In this document: positions 44,514 through 59,864 of the stretch, piece by piece
How the letters are laid out: each line of letters starts with the position of its first letter
How positions within the stretch are numbered: position 1 is the first letter of the stretch
Origin: the human T2T-CHM13v2.0 reference genome, Homo sapiens
DNA: 64,000 bases
Assembly: GCF_009914755.1 (NCBI RefSeq)
Contig: NC_060945.1
Reading direction: 5' to 3' (one strand)
Program-made: the position numbers and the translations under genes
The notes under the pieces: model-generated
What the model was told of the DNA's origin: nothing
The model's database searches: none
The model's input: the letters and a program-made list of their open reading frames with translations, nothing else

Positions 44514-46802
44514 ATTCCATTCCATTCCATTCCATTTCATTCCATTCCTTTCCATTCCATTCCATTCCTTTCCATTCCATTCCACTCTCTTCAACTCCAA
44601 TCCACTACACTCCATTCCACTTCTCTGCATCCCACTCCAGTACACTGGAATCCACTCCAATCCACTCCACTCCATTCCACTACCCTCTACTCCATTCCAT
44701 TCCACTCCATACCACTTCATAACAATCCACTCCAATCCTTTCCACTCCACTCCACTCAATTCCACTGCAATCCACTCCAATCCATTCCATTCCATTCCAA
44801 TCCACTCCATTCCATTCCATTGCATTCCCTTCCAATCCACTCTACTCCATTCAATTTCGTTCCCCTCCAATCCTCTCCACTCCACTCCATTCCACTCAAT
44901 TCCATTCCACTCCACTCAATTCCATTCCATTCTACTCCATTCCACTCCACGCTACTCCACTCCACTCCACTACACTCCACTTAATTTTATTCCATTCCAT
45001 TCCATTCCATTCCATTCCATTCCATTCCATACCATTCCACTCCACTCCACTCCAATCCAATCCGTTCCATTCCACTGCACTCTGATCCACTCCACTCAAC
45101 TCCACTCCATTCCACTTCATTCCATTTGATTCATTGCCACACCCCTCCTTTCCATTCTATTCCATTCCATTCCATTCCATTCCACTGCACTCCTATCCAC
45201 TCCACTCAACTCCCCTCCACTCCACTATTTTCCATTCCATTCCATTCCATTCCATTCCTTTCCATTCCATTCATTTCCATTCCATTCCACGCCACTCCAT
45301 TCCATTCAACTCCATTGAACTCCAATCCACTAAACTCCAATCCAATCCACTCCACTCCACTCCACTACGTTCCACTCCACTACACTCCACTACACTCCAC
45401 TACTCTCCACTCTGTTCCATTCCGTTCCTTTCCATTCCATTCTGTTCTGTTCTGTTACATTCCACTCCATTCCATTCCATTCCACTCCAATGCACTCCAA
45501 TCCATTTCACTGCATTCAACTCCATTCCACTCCACTCCAATCCACTTCACTCCATTCCATTCCGCTCCTTTGCATTCCATTCCACTCCATTCTATTCCAT
45601 TCCATTCCACTCCATTCAACTCCATTCACCTCCACTTCCTTTCTCTCCATTCTGTTCCACTACACTACACTCAATTCCCTTCCATTCCATTCCATTCCAC
45701 TCCATTTCTTTCCATTCCATTCCACTCCATACCACTCCATTCCATTCTATTTCATTCCATTCCACTGTACTCCAATCCACACCACTTGACTCCACTGCAA
45801 TCCACCCCAGTCCGTTCCATTTCGTTTCACTCCTTTCCCTTCCATTCCTCTCTATTCCATTCCACTCCACTCCAATCCAATCCACTCCACTCCTTTCCAT
45901 ACCACTCCATTCCATTCTAGTCCACTCCAATCACTCCATTCCATTGCATTCCACCCCATGCCACTCCATTCCACTCCACTCCATGCCACTGCACTCCATT
46001 CCATTCCAGTCCTCTCCATTACACTCCATTCCATTCCATTCCATTCTATTCTATTCCATTCCATTCCATTCCATTCCATTCCATTCCATTCCATTCCATT
46101 CTACTCTAGTCGGGTTGATTCCTTTCCTTTCACTTCCATTCCATTCCACTCCATTCCATTGTACTCCACCCCATTCCACTCCATTCCATTCCACTCCACT
46201 CCATTCCATTTCATTCCATTCCATTCCATTCCACTGCACTTCCTTCTACTCCACTCAACTCCACTACACACCACTCCATTCAATTTTGTTCCATTCCATT
46301 CCGTTCCATTCCACTTCATTCCACTCCACTACACTCAATTTTACTCCGCTCCATTTCACTCCATTCCACTCCATTCCACTCCACTCCACTCCATTCCATT
46401 CCACTCCACTCCATTCCACTCCTTTCCATTCCATTCCATTCCATTCCATTCCGTTCCATTCCACTCCATTCCACTCTGTTCCATTCCATTCCACTCCATT
46501 CCACTCTGTTCCATTCCATTCCCTTCCACTGCACTCCTATCCACTCGACTCAACTCCACTCCACTGCACTCCACTCCGTTCCACTCCCTTCAATTCCATT
46601 CCGTTGCGTTCCATTCCATTCCATTCCATTCCATTCCACTCCAATCCATTGCATTCCACACCATTCCACTCCACTCCTTTCCCTTCCACTCCTTTCAACT
46701 CCTTTCCACTCCATTCTATTCCATTCCTTTCCACTCCTTTCCATTCCATTCCATTACACTCCACTCCATTCCATTCCATTCCACTCCATTCAATTTGATT
46801 CC

Positions 46803-46879
46803 TGTATTTCGGGTGGATCTCACTCTGTCACACAGAGATTAGTGCAATATCACAATCTTAGCTCACATTTCATTTCACC
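46803..46879 (-). repeat. Alu-derived spacer 26 (copy of 9)
   Basis: Duplicate at +27662. Confidence 0.88.
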
Positions 46880-47539
46880 ATTCCATTCAACACCACTCCA
46901 TTACATTCTACTGCACTCTATTCCACTCCACTCCACTCCATTTAACTCCACTCCACTCCACTCCATTCCATTCCATTCCATTCTATTTAATTCCACTGCA
47001 CTCTGATACACTCCACTCAACTCCACTCTACTCCACTCCACTACACTACGTTCCATTCCATTCATTTTCCTTCCGTTCCATTCTGTTCCACTCCAGTCCA
47101 TTACATTCCACTCCACTCCTTTCCAGTCCATTCCATTCCATTCCACTCGACTCCACTCCACTCCACTTCTTTCCATTAAATTCCATTCCATTCCACTGCA
47201 CTCTGATCCACTCCACTCATTTCCACTCCATTTCACTCCACTCTGTTCCGTTCCATTCCAATCTCTTCCATTCCAGTCCATTCCATTCCATTCCACTGAA
47301 TTCTGCTCCATTCCACTCAATTCCATTGCACTCCGTTCCACTCCATTCCACTCTATGTTATTCCAGTCCATTCCTCTCCTTTCCATTCCCTTTCTGTCCA
47401 CTGCATTCAACTCCAGTCCACTCCACTCCATTCCACTCCTCTCCACTCCATTCCACTGCATTCCACTCCACTCCATTCCACTCCTCTCCACTCCATTCCA
47501 CTCCATTCCATTGCAATCCCCTCCATTCCATTCCGTTCC

Positions 47540-47616
47540 TTTATATCGAATGGATCTCACTCTGTAACTCAGACTTAAGTGCAGTGGCACAATCTTAGCT
47601 CACATTTTATTTCACC
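47540..47616 (-). repeat. Alu-derived spacer 27 (copy of 10)
   Basis: Duplicate at +27662. Confidence 0.9.
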
Positions 47617-48186
47617 ATTCCATTCCATTCCATTCCATTCCATTCCATTCCATTCCACTCTACTCCATTCAATTCCACTCCATTCCACTCCATGCCACTC
47701 CACTCCTCTTCACTCCACTCCATTCCACTCCATTCCATTCCATTCCACTGAACTCCAATCCACACCACTCAACTCCACTTGACTCCACTCTACTCCATTC
47801 CATTCCGTTTCATTCCTTTCCATTCCATTCATTTCCATTCCACTCCTTTATATTCCGCTCCACTCCATTCTACTCCACTCCACTCCATTCTACTCCACTC
47901 CTCTCCATTCCATTCCATTTCTCTCCACTCCACTTCATTCCGTGCTATTCCATTCCATTCCATTCCATTCCTTTCCCCTTCACTCCATTCCATTCCACTC
48001 CACTCCACACCACTTTACTCCGTTACCTTCCTTTCCATTCAATTCCGTTCCACTCCGTTCCATTCCGTTCAATTCTATTCCGTTCCACTCTACTCCAGTC
48101 CACTCCATTCCGTTTCACTCCATTCCGCTCCATTCCATTCCACTCCACTCCACTCCATTTCATTCTACTCCATTCCATTCCATTCC

Positions 48187-48263
48187 TTTATTTATAATGG
48201 ATCTCACTCTGTCAGCCAGACTGGAGTGCAGTGGCACAATCTTAGCTCACATTTCATTTCACC
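48187..48263 (-). repeat. Alu-derived spacer 28 (copy of 11; right end of the duplication)
   Basis: Duplicate at +27667; identity ends 6 bp after it. Confidence 0.9.
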
Positions 48264-51200
48264 ATTCCACTCCATTCCATTCCATTCCTTTCCATTCCAT
48301 TCAATCCACGTCACTCCACTCCATTCCATTCCACTCCACTTCACTCCGCTCCACTCAACTCTGCTGCACTCCTTTCCATTCCCATCCACTCCATTCCGTT
48401 CCACTCCATTCCATTCCACTCCACTCCACTCCATTCTATTCCAATCCTTTCTATACAAGTACATTCCACTCCAATTCACTCCACTCCACTCCACTCAACT
48501 CCACTGCACTCCTTTCCATTCCCCTCCACTCCATTCCATTCCACTCCATTCCATTCCACTCCACTCCACTCCATTCTATTCCAATCCTTTCTATACCATT
48601 ACATTCCACTCCACTTCTATCCCTTCCAAGTCACTCCACTCCATTCAACTCCACTCCTTTCAATTACATTCAATTCCACTGAACTCCTTTCAATTCCATT
48701 CCATTCATTTCCATTCCATTCCAAACCATTCCATTCATTTCCATTCCATTGCATTCCATTCCATTCCATTCCATTCCACTGCCTTCCACTCCATTCCATT
48801 CCATTCCAATCCACTAAATTCTATTCCACTCCAATCCACTCCATTCCATTCCAATCCAAACCATTCCATTCCTTTTGATTGCATTCCATTCATTCCACTC
48901 CACTCCATTCCATTCCATTTCACTCCATTTCTTTCCATTCCACACCATTTCATTCCATTCCACTCCACTCCACTCCACACCAATCCACTCCACTGCATTC
49001 CATTCAATTCTGTTCCATTCCATTCCACTCCAGTCCTCTCCATTCCATTCCATTTCAATACACTCCGATCCACTGCACTCAACTCCACTCCATTACACTC
49101 TATCCCGTTCCGTTCCGTTCCATTCCATTCCATTCCATTCAGTTCTGTTCCATTATATTCCATTCCACTCCAATCCATTCCACTCCACTCCATTTCACTC
49201 CTTTCCACTCAATTCTACTCCACATCACTCCAGTCCACTCCATTCCATTCCATTCCATTCCACTCCACTCCACTTCATTCCATTCCATTCAATATTGTTC
49301 CATTCCATTCCACTGCACTCCGATTCACTGCATTGAACTCCAATCCACTCCACTCCACTTGGTTCTGTTCCGTTCTATTCCATTCCATTCCATTCCATTC
49401 CATTCCATTTAATTCCATTCCATTCCACTCCACTCCAGTCCACTCCACTCCACTCCATTCCTCTCCACTCCACTCCATTCCACTTCATTCCTTTCCATTC
49501 CACTGCACTCCAATCCTCTCAACTCCACTCCACCCCACTCTGCTACGTTCCGTTAGTTTCCATTCCATTCTGTTCCATTCCATTCCACCCCATTCCATTC
49601 CACTCCACTCCATCCCACTCCATTTCACTTCACTCCACTCCACTGCACTCAACTCCCCTCCATTCCATACGACTCATTTCCATTCATTTCCACTCCACTC
49701 CATTCCTCTCCATTCCACTCCATTCCACTCCACTCCACTCTACTCCTCTCCATTCCACTCCTCTCCATTCCATTTCATTCCACTCCTCTCTATTCCATTC
49801 CACTCCATTCCATTTCACTCCACTGTACTCCATTCTACGCCACTCCACTCCACTCCATTCCATTCCATTCTACTCCACTCCATTCCATTCCACTTCACTC
49901 CACTCCACTCTATTCCATTCCATTCCACTCCACTCCACTCCATTCCATTCCACTCCACTCTACTCCATTCCATTCCATTACATACCATTCCGTTGCATTC
50001 CATTCCACTTCACTCCACTCCATTCCATTCCATTCCATTCCGTTCCATTCCACTGCACTCCAATTAATTCCACACAACTCCACTCCATTCCACTCCACTG
50101 CACTCCATTCTGTTCTGTTCTATTCTATACCGTGCCATTCCATTCCATTCTATTCCATTCCATTCTATTACACTTCACTGCATTCCATTCCACTCCATTC
50201 CATTCTACTCCAATCCACTCCACTCCACTGCATTCCAGTCCACTTGACTCCACTCCACTTCATTGCATTCCATCCCGTTCCATTCTGTTACTTTCCATTC
50301 CATTCCACTCCACTCCATTTCACTCCATTACACTCCATTCAACTTCACACCACCCAACTCAACTCCACTCCTTTCCATTCAATTCCTCTCCACTCCATTC
50401 CAGTCCATTCCACTGCACTCAGATCCACTGAACGCAACTCCACTCCACTCCACTCTGTTCTGTTCCGTTCCATTCCATTCCATTCCATTCCATTTAATTC
50501 CATTCCATTCCACTCCACTGCATTCCACTCCATTCCATTCCACTCCACTCCTCTCCATTCCACTCCAATCACTTCCATTTCACTGCACTCTGATCCACTC
50601 CAATCAACTCCACTCCATTCCAATCAACTCCACTCCACTCCATTCATGTCCATTCCACTCCGTTTTTTCCCTTCCGTTCCATTGTGTTCCACTCCGTTCC
50701 ATTCCACTCCACTGCATTCCACTCCATTCCTCTCCATTTCACTTCACTCAGCTCCACTTCATTCCATTCCACTCCTCTTCATTCTACTCCATTTCATTCC
50801 ACTCCACTCCACTCCATTCCATTCTACTTCACTCCATTCCATTCAATTCCACTCCACTCCAATCCATTCCATTCCATTCAGTTCCACTCCACTCCATGCC
50901 ATTCCACTACACTCCATTCCCTTCCATTCCATTCCATTCCATTCCATTCCATTCCATTCGAATCCATTCCATTCCATTCCTTTCCATTCCACTGTCCTCC
51001 AATCCACTCCACTCAACTCCACTACACTCCACTACACTCCGTTACATTCCTTTCCATTCCATTCCTTTCCATTGCATTCCACTAAATTCCATTCCATTCC
51101 CCACCTCTACATTGCATTCCATTCCACATCATTCCGTTTCATTCCACTACATTCCATTTCATACCACTAGATTCCATTACATTCCACTACACTCAACTCC

Positions 51201-52289
51201 ACTGCACTCCACTCCACTCCACTCAGTTACATTCCATTCCATTGCATTCTGTTCCTTTCCATTCCAATTCATTCCATTCCAATGCTTTCCACTCCACTCC
51301 ATTCCATTCCACTCCATTCCATTCCTCTCCCCTCCACTCCACTCCTCTCCACTCCAGTCCACTCCACTCTACTGTACTACACTTTGTTCCATTCCGTTCC
51401 TTTCTGTTCTGTTCCATTCCGTTCCATTTCACTCCATTCCATTCCATTGCACTCCACTCCATTCCATTCCATTCCTTTGCTTTCCATTCCATGCCATTCC
51501 ACTGCACTCCAATCCACTCCACTCAACTCCACTCTACTCCACTCCACTCTGTTCTGTTCTATTTCACTCCTTTCTGTTGCATTCCATTCCATTTCATTCC
51601 ATTCCATTAAACTCCACTCCATTCCATTCCATTCCACTCCTCTCCACTCCACTCCACTCCACTCAAATCCACTCCACTACACTCCATTCCACTCCACTAC
51701 ACTCCATTGCATTCCATTCCGTTCAATTCTACTTCACTCCCATCCTCTCCACTCAACTCCACTCCACTCCACTCCATTCAATGCCACCCCACTCGTTTCC
51801 ATTCCATTTAATTCCATTCCATTCCATTCCACTGCACTCCGATTAAGTCCACTCAACTCCACTCCTCTCCGTTCCATTCTGTTCCATTCCATTCCGTTCC
51901 ATTCCATTCCAATCCATACAATTCCATGCCATTCCATGCCCTTCCATTCCATGCAATTCCGTAGTACTCCACTCCACTCCAATCCACTCCAAACGACTCC
52001 ACTGAATTCCACTCCTCTCCTCTCCACTCCACTCCATTCCACTCCGATCACCTCCGCTTCACTCCATTCCACTCCGTTCCATTCTGTTCCATTCCATTTC
52101 CTTCGTTCTGTTCCATTCCACTCCATTCCATTCCTTTCCATTCCACTCCATTCCACTCCACTAAATTCCACTCCACTCCATTCCACTCCTCTAAATTCCA
52201 CTCCACTGCATTCCACTCCACTCCACACCATGTCCCTCTATTCCATTGCACTCCACTTCATTCCATTCTACTCCATTCCATTCCACTCC

Positions 52290-52366
52290 TTTATTTCGAC
52301 TGGATGTTACTCTGCCACTCAGACTGGAGTGCAGTAGCATAACCTTAGCTCATATTTCATTTCACA
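52290..52366 (-). repeat. Alu-derived spacer 29
   Basis: GGATGTTACTCTGCCACTCAGACTGGAGTGCAGT; shares variants with spacer 8. Confidence 0.88.
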
Positions 52367-54055
52367 ATTCCATTCCGTTCCATTCCATTTCATTCCATTC
52401 CATTCCATTACACGCTCCTCCACTCCATTCCACTCCACTCCATTCCACTCCACTCCACTGGATTCCACTTAAATCCACTCCACTCCATTCCATTACCCTC
52501 TACTCCATTCCATTCCATTCTATTCCACTCCACTCCACTTCAATCCATTCCACTCCAATCCATTCCATTCTGTTCCATTGCATTCCATTCCACTCCTTTC
52601 CACTCCATTCCATTTCATTCCACTCCATTCCTCTCCACTCCACTCCATTCCACTCAATTCCATTCCACTCCCGTCAATTCCATTCCATTCCACTACATTC
52701 CACTCCACTCTACTCCAATCCACTCCACTACACTCAATTTAATTCCATTCCATTCCATTCCTTTCCATTCAATTCCACTCCTCTCCACTGCATTCCATTC
52801 CATTCCATTCCATTCTATTCCATTGCACTCTGATCCACTCCACTCAACTCCACTCCATTCCCCTCCACTTCATTCCATTCGATTCAATGCCACACCACTC
52901 CTTTCCATTCCATTCCACTCCATTCCTTTCCATTCCATTCCATTCCGTTCCATTCCATTCCTTTCCACTGCACTCCTTTCCACTCCACTCCACTCCTCTC
53001 CATTCCGTTCTGTTCCATTCAATTCCATTCCATTGCATTCCATTACATGCTGTTGAATTCCATTCCATTCCATGCCACTCCATTCCCTTCAACTCCATTG
53101 AACTCCTCTCCACTCCACTAAACTCCCATCCACTCCACTCCACTATGTTCCATTCCACTCCACTCCGTTCCATTCTGTTCTGTTCCATTCCATTCCGTTC
53201 TGTTCTGTTCCATTCCACTCCATTCCATTCCATTCTACTCCAATCCATTTCACTCCATTCAACTCCATTCCACTCCACTCCACTTCACTCCATTACATTC
53301 TGCTCCATTCCATTCCATTCCACTCCATTCTATTCCATTCCATGTCACTCTGTTCAACTCCATTCAGCTCCACTTCATTTCATTCCACTCCATTCCACTA
53401 CATTACACTCCATTCCCTTCCATGCCATTCCATTCCACTCCAATTCATTCCATTCCATTCCACTCCATTCCACTCCACTCCACTGCACTCCAGTCCACTC
53501 CATTGCATTGTGTTCCATTCCTTTCCACTGCACTTCACTCCACTCGACTCCACTCCATTCTGTTCCATTCCATTCCATTCCACTGCACTCTAGTCGACTT
53601 CATTGCATTGTGTTCTATTCCTTTCCACTGCACTCCAATCCACTCCACTCGACTCCACTCCACTCCACTCCGTTCCATTCCATTCCATTCCTTTCCCTTC
53701 CATTCCTCTCCATTCCATTCCACTCTAATCCACTCCACTCCATGCTTTTCCATTCCACTCTCTTCCATTCTATTCCATTCCATTCCATTCCATTCCATTC
53801 CACCCCATTCCAATCCACTCCATTCCACTGCAATCCATTCCATTCCACTCCACTCCATTACACTCCATTCCATTCCATTCCATTCCATTCCATTCCATTC
53901 CACTCCACTCCACTCCATTCCATTCCACTCCATTCCATTCCATTCAACTCCACTACATTCCACTCCACTCCTTTCCACTGCACCCACTCCATTCCACTCC
54001 ATTCCATTCCACTCCACTCCATTCCATTACATTTTATTCCACTGCATTCCATTCC

Positions 54056-54131
54056 TTTATTTCGACTGGATCTCACTCTGTCACCGAAATGGAGTGCAGT
54101 TGCACAAACTTAGCTCACATTTCATGTCATC
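54056..54131 (-). repeat. Alu-derived spacer 30
   Basis: TTTATTTCGACTGGATCTCACTCTGTCACC...GGAGTGCAGT. Confidence 0.88.
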
Positions 54132-54611
54132 ATTCCAATCCGTTCCATTCCATTCCATTCCATTCCATTCCGTTCCATTCCATTCCACTCCACTCCACTC
54201 CATTCCATTACATTCCACTCCACTACACTAAACTCCACTGCCCTCCACTGCAGTCCACTGCATTCCAGTCAACTCCACTCCATTCCACTCCTCTCTGTTC
54301 CATTCCTTTCCATTCCATTCCATTCCTTTCTGTTCCATTCCTCCCCATTTCACTCCATGACATTCCATTCCACTCCAATCCACTCCACTCCACTCCACTC
54401 CATTCCATTAGACTCCATTCTATTCCATTAAACTCAATTCCATTCCATTCCTTTCCACTCCATTCCACTTCATTCTATTCCATTCCAGTGCAGTTCTCTC
54501 CACTCCACTCCATTACACTCCACTCCATTCCTCTCCACTAAACTCCATTTCACTCCTTTGCATTCCACTCCAATGCATTTCATTCCGTTTTAATCCATTC
54601 CATTCCATTCC

Positions 54612-54688
54612 TTTATTTCGACTGGGTCTTACCTTGTCACGCAGACTGGACTGCGGTGGCACAATCTTAGCTCACATTTCATGTTACC
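54612..54688 (-). repeat. Alu-derived spacer 31
   Basis: TTTATTTCGACTGG...GGTGGCACAATCTTAGCTCAC. Confidence 0.88.
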
Positions 54689-56622
54689 TTTCCATTGTAT
54701 TGCATTCTATTCCATTCTGTTCCTTTCCATTCCATTCCACTTCACTCCTTTCCATTCCATTCCACTGCACTCCACTCAGCTCCACTCCAATGCACTCCAC
54801 TGCATTCCAGTCCACTCCACTCCATTCCATCACACTCTGTTCCATTCCACTCCACTCCCCTCCGTTCCACTCCAGTCCACTCCATGCCATTACACTACAC
54901 ACCACTCCATTCCATTCCATTTCATTCCACTTCAATCCATTCCATTCCACTCCACTACATTCTACTGCGCTCCACTCCTCTCCACTCCATTCCATTCAAT
55001 TGCACCCCATTCCATTCAAATCCACTCCTTTCCATTCCATTCCATTCCACTGCACTCCCATCCACTCGACTCAACTCCACTCCACTGGAGTCCACTCCAT
55101 TCCTTTCCGCTCAATTCCATTCTGTTGCATTCCATTCCATTCTGTTCCATTCCGTTCCATTCCACTCCAATCCATTCCATTCCAAACCATTCCACTCCAC
55201 TCCACCACACTCCACTCCACTCCACTCCACTCCACACCACTCCACCCCACTCTTTTCCATTCTGATCCATTCCATTCCGTTCCATTCCACTTCATTCCAT
55301 TCCACTCCACTCAATTTCACTCCACTTCATTTCACTCCATTCCACTCCATTCCACTCCATTCCACTGCACTCCACTCCACTCCGCTCCACTCCATTCCAT
55401 TCCAACCCATTCCATTCCATTCCACTCCACTCCATTCCATTCCATTCCACTCCACTCCACTCCTCTGCACTCCACTCCTCTCCACTCCATTCCATTCCAT
55501 TCCACTAAATTACATTCCATTCCAGTCCATTCCACTGCACTCCAATCCTTTCAACTCAACTCCACTCCACTCCACTCTGTTCCATTCCCTTCAATTCCAT
55601 TCCATTGCATTCCATTCCATTCCGTTCCTTTCCATTCCATTCCACTCCAATCAATTCCATTCCACACCGTTCCACTCCACTCCACTCTGTTCCATTCCCT
55701 TCAATTCCATTCCGTTCCATTCCATTCCATTCCGTTCCTTTCCACTCTGTTCCATTCCACTCCACTCCATTCCATTCCACTCCATTTCACTCCATTCCAC
55801 TCCTTTCCACTCCACTGCAATCCACTCCACTCCACAGCACTCCACTCCTTTTCATTCCATTTCTTTCCACTGCACTCTGAACCACTCCACTCCACTCCAA
55901 TCCACTCCAATCCAATCTGGTCCACTCTGTTCAGTTCCGTTCCATTCCTTTCCATTCCACTCCATTCCATTACAATCCACTCCATTCCATTTCACTGCAT
56001 TCCATTTCCCTCCACTCCATTCTACTACATTCCATTCCATTCCACTCCATTCCATTCTATTCCATTCCACTCCATTCCACTCCACGCCATTCCACTAAAC
56101 TCCATTTCACTCCATGGCACTTCATTCCACTCCAAGCCACTCCACTCTACCTTATTCCATTCCACTACACTTCATTCCATTCCGTTCATTCTATTCCTTT
56201 CCACTGCCCTCCGATCCACTCCACTGAACTCCACTCTACTCCACTGCGTTCCATTCCATTCTATTCCATTCATTTCCATTTCATTCCATTCTGTTCCATT
56301 CCATTCCATTCCACTCCACTTTATTCCATTACACTCCGTTCCACTCCACTCCAATCCACTCCACTCCATTCCATTCCATTCCATTCCATTCCACTGCACT
56401 CCAATCCACTTCTGAAAACTCCATTACGATGCACTCCACTGCACTCCGTTCCATTCTGTTCCATTCCATTCGACTTCATTCCACTCAACTCCGCTCCATT
56501 CCACTCTACTCCATTCCATTGCATTCAACTCCATTCCATTCCATTCGATTCCACTCCATTCCACTCAATTCAATTCCACTCCACTCCATTCCATTCCACT
56601 CCACTCCATTCCATTCCAATCC

Positions 56623-56699
56623 TTTATTTCAATTGGATCTCACTCTGTCACCCAGACTGGAATGCAGTGGCACAATCATAGCTCACATTTCATTTCACC
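56623..56699 (-). repeat. Alu-derived spacer 32
   Basis: Near-consensus copy, GGAATGCAG variant. Confidence 0.9.
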
Positions 56700-58480
56700 A
56701 TTCCATTCCATTCCACTTCAGTCCACTCCCCTCCACTCAACTCCACACAACTCCACTCCATTCCATTCCAATCCACTTCACTCCATTCCATTCCATTCCA
56801 TTCCATTCCATTCCTCTCCACTCCATTCCATTCCACTCCATTCCACTGCAATCCACTTCACTCCACTTGACTCTACTACATTCCATTCCATTCCACTGCA
56901 CTGTGATCCACTCCACTCAACTCCACTACACTCCACTACTCTACACTCCGTTCCATTCTGTTCCATTCCATTTCATTTTAATCCTTTCCATTCCACGGCA
57001 CTCCATTCCACTCCACTCCATTTCACTCCATTCCACTCCATTCCACTCGACTCAATGGGACTCCATTCCATTCCACTTCATTCCATTCCATTCCACCCCA
57101 TTCCATTCATTTCCTTTCCATTTCATTACACTCCATTCCACTCCATTCCATTCCACTCCACTCCACTCCACTCCACTCCATTCCATTCCATTCCACTGCA
57201 CTCCGATCCACTCCACTCCATTCCATTGCACTCCATTCCATTCTACTCCATTCCGTTCCACTTAACTTCAATCCAGTCCAGTCCACTCTATTCCATTCCA
57301 CTTCATTCCATTCCATTCCTATTCTTTCCATTCCATTCTTCTCCATTCCATTCCATTCCATTGCATTCCATTCCATTCCATTCCATTCCATTCCTATTCT
57401 TTCCATTCCATTCTTCTCCATCCCATTCCATTCCATTCCATTCCATTCCATTCCTATTCTTTCCATTCCATTCTTCTCCATTCCATTCTTCTCCATTCCA
57501 TTCCATTCCATTCCACTCCACTCCGCTAAATTCCATTCCACTCCACTCCACTCAATTCCATTCCACTCCACTACAGTCCATTCCCTTCCATTCCACTTCA
57601 CTCCACTCCACTCCACTCCACTGTACTCCACTCCATTCCATTCCACTGCACTTCTGTCCACTCCACTCCTCTCCATTCCATTCTGTTCCATTCCATTCCG
57701 TTCCATTCCATTCCACTCCATTCCATTCCACTCAACTCCTTTTCACTCCATTTCACTCCATTCCACTCCACTCCACTTCACTCCACTCCTCTTGACTCCA
57801 TTCCTTTAAAATCAATTCCATTGCAATCCACTCCATTCCATTCCCTTCCACTCCATTCCACTTCATTCCTCTCCACTTCACTCCAATCCATTCCATTGCA
57901 CTCCTTTCCATTCCATTCTATTCAATTCCATTCCTCTCCTTTCCACTCCACTACACTCCACTCCATTCAATTCCATTCCACTCCACTCCATTCCATTCCA
58001 CTTCACTCCACTCCTCTCCACTCCAGTCCACTAAACACCACTCCATTCCATTCCATTCCACTTCTCTGCCCTCCGATCCACTCCAGTCAACTCCACTCCA
58101 CTCCACACCTTCTTTTTCCATTCCATTCCATTCTGTTCCATTGCATTCTCTTCCATTCCACTCCACTCAATTTCACTCTTTCCACTCCATTCCACTCCAC
58201 CCAATTATATTCCACTCCAATCCATAATATTCCACTCCACTCCACTCCACTCCATTCCACTCCACTCCATTCCATTCCATTCCGTTCCATTCCATTCCAC
58301 CGAATTCTACTCCATGCCATTTCACTCCATTCCACTCCATTTCACTCCATTAGACTTCAATATACACCATTCCACCACTCCATTTGCCTCCACTCCATTC
58401 CACTCCACTCCCATGCATTCCACTCCATTCCATTCCACTCCACTCCATTCCATTCCATTCTACTCCATTGCATTCCATTC

Positions 58481-58558
58481 CTTATTTCCGAATGGATCTC
58501 ACTCTGTCTCCATGACAGGAGTGCAGTGGCACAGTCTTAGCTCACATTTCATTTCACC
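58481..58558 (-). repeat. Alu-derived spacer 33
   Basis: AATGGATCTCACTCTGTC...ACAGGAGTGCAGTGGCAC. Confidence 0.88.
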
Positions 58559-59023
58559 ATTCCATTCCATTGCATTCCATTCCATTCCATTCCTTTCCAT
58601 TTCATTCCACTCGATTCCACTCCACTCCACTCCATTCCATTCAACTCCACTCCATTCCACTCCATTCCCTTAAATTCCATTTCACTGCACCCCTATACAC
58701 TCCACTCCAATCCACTCCATTCCATTCTGTTCCTTTCCATTCCGTTTCATTCCATTACATTCCATTCCTTTCCACCCCACTCCATTCCATTCCTCTCCAT
58801 TCCACTCCACTCTATTACACTCCCCTCCATTCCACTCCACTCCACTCCATTCCATTCCATTCCACTCCATTCCATTCCATTTTGTTCCATTACACTCTAC
58901 TCCACTCCATTACACTCCACTCTATTCCACTCCTCTTCATTCCACATGACTCCTTTCCTTTCCACTCCTTTCCATTCCACAGCAGTCCATTCCTTTCAAA
59001 TTTACTCCATTCCATTCCAGTCC

Positions 59024-59100
59024 TTTATTTCGACTGGATCTCACTCTTTCCCCAATACTGGAGTGCAGTGGCACAGTCTTAGCTAACATTTCATTTCACC
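59024..59100 (-). repeat. Alu-derived spacer 34
   Basis: TTTATTTCGACTGGATCTCACTC...ACTGGAGTGCAGTGGCAC. Confidence 0.88.
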
Positions 59101-59864
59101 ATTCCTTTCCATTCCATTCCATTCCATTTCATTCTATTCCATTGGATTCCATTCCACTGCACTCCGATCCATTCCATGCCATTCCACTCCACTCAATTCC
59201 ATTCCACTCCACTCCACTCCATTAAATTCCATTCAACTCCACTCCATTCCACTCCATTCCCTTACATTCCATTTCACTGCACTCTGATAGACTCCACTGT
59301 ACTCCACTGCACTCCATTCCAATCCACTCCATCCCGTTCTTTTCCCTTCCATTCCGTTTCATTCCATTAAGTTCCATTCGATTACATTCCTTTCCACTAA
59401 ACTCCATTCCATTCCACTCCATTCCACTCCACTCCGTTACACTCCACTCCATTCCACTCCACTCCACTCCATTCCGCTCCATTCAATTCCATTCCACTCC
59501 ATTCCATTCCACGCCATTCCACTCCACTGCGTTACACTCCACTCCATTCCACTCCACTCCACTCCATTCCATTCCACTCCATTCCACACCACTCCACTCC
59601 ATTCCACTCCACTCCACTCCATTCCGCTTCATTCAATTCCATTCCACTCCATTCCATTGCACTCCATTCCACACCACTCTACTCCATTTCACTCCACTCC
59701 ACTCCACTCCGCTCCATTCCATTCCATTCCGCTCCATTCCATTCCTTTCCACTCCATTCCATTCCATTCCACTGAACTCCACTCCATTACACTCCATTCA
59801 ATTCCAATCCACTCCATTCCACAGAGTCCATTCCATTCAATTTTACTCCATTCCAGTCCAGTCC

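Larger units (their letters stand above)
27668..48269 (+). repeat. Large near-identical duplication, copy 2
   Basis: Matches 1-20602. Differences found: four 5-bp indels and one substitution. Identity stops at 48270. Confidence 0.96.
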
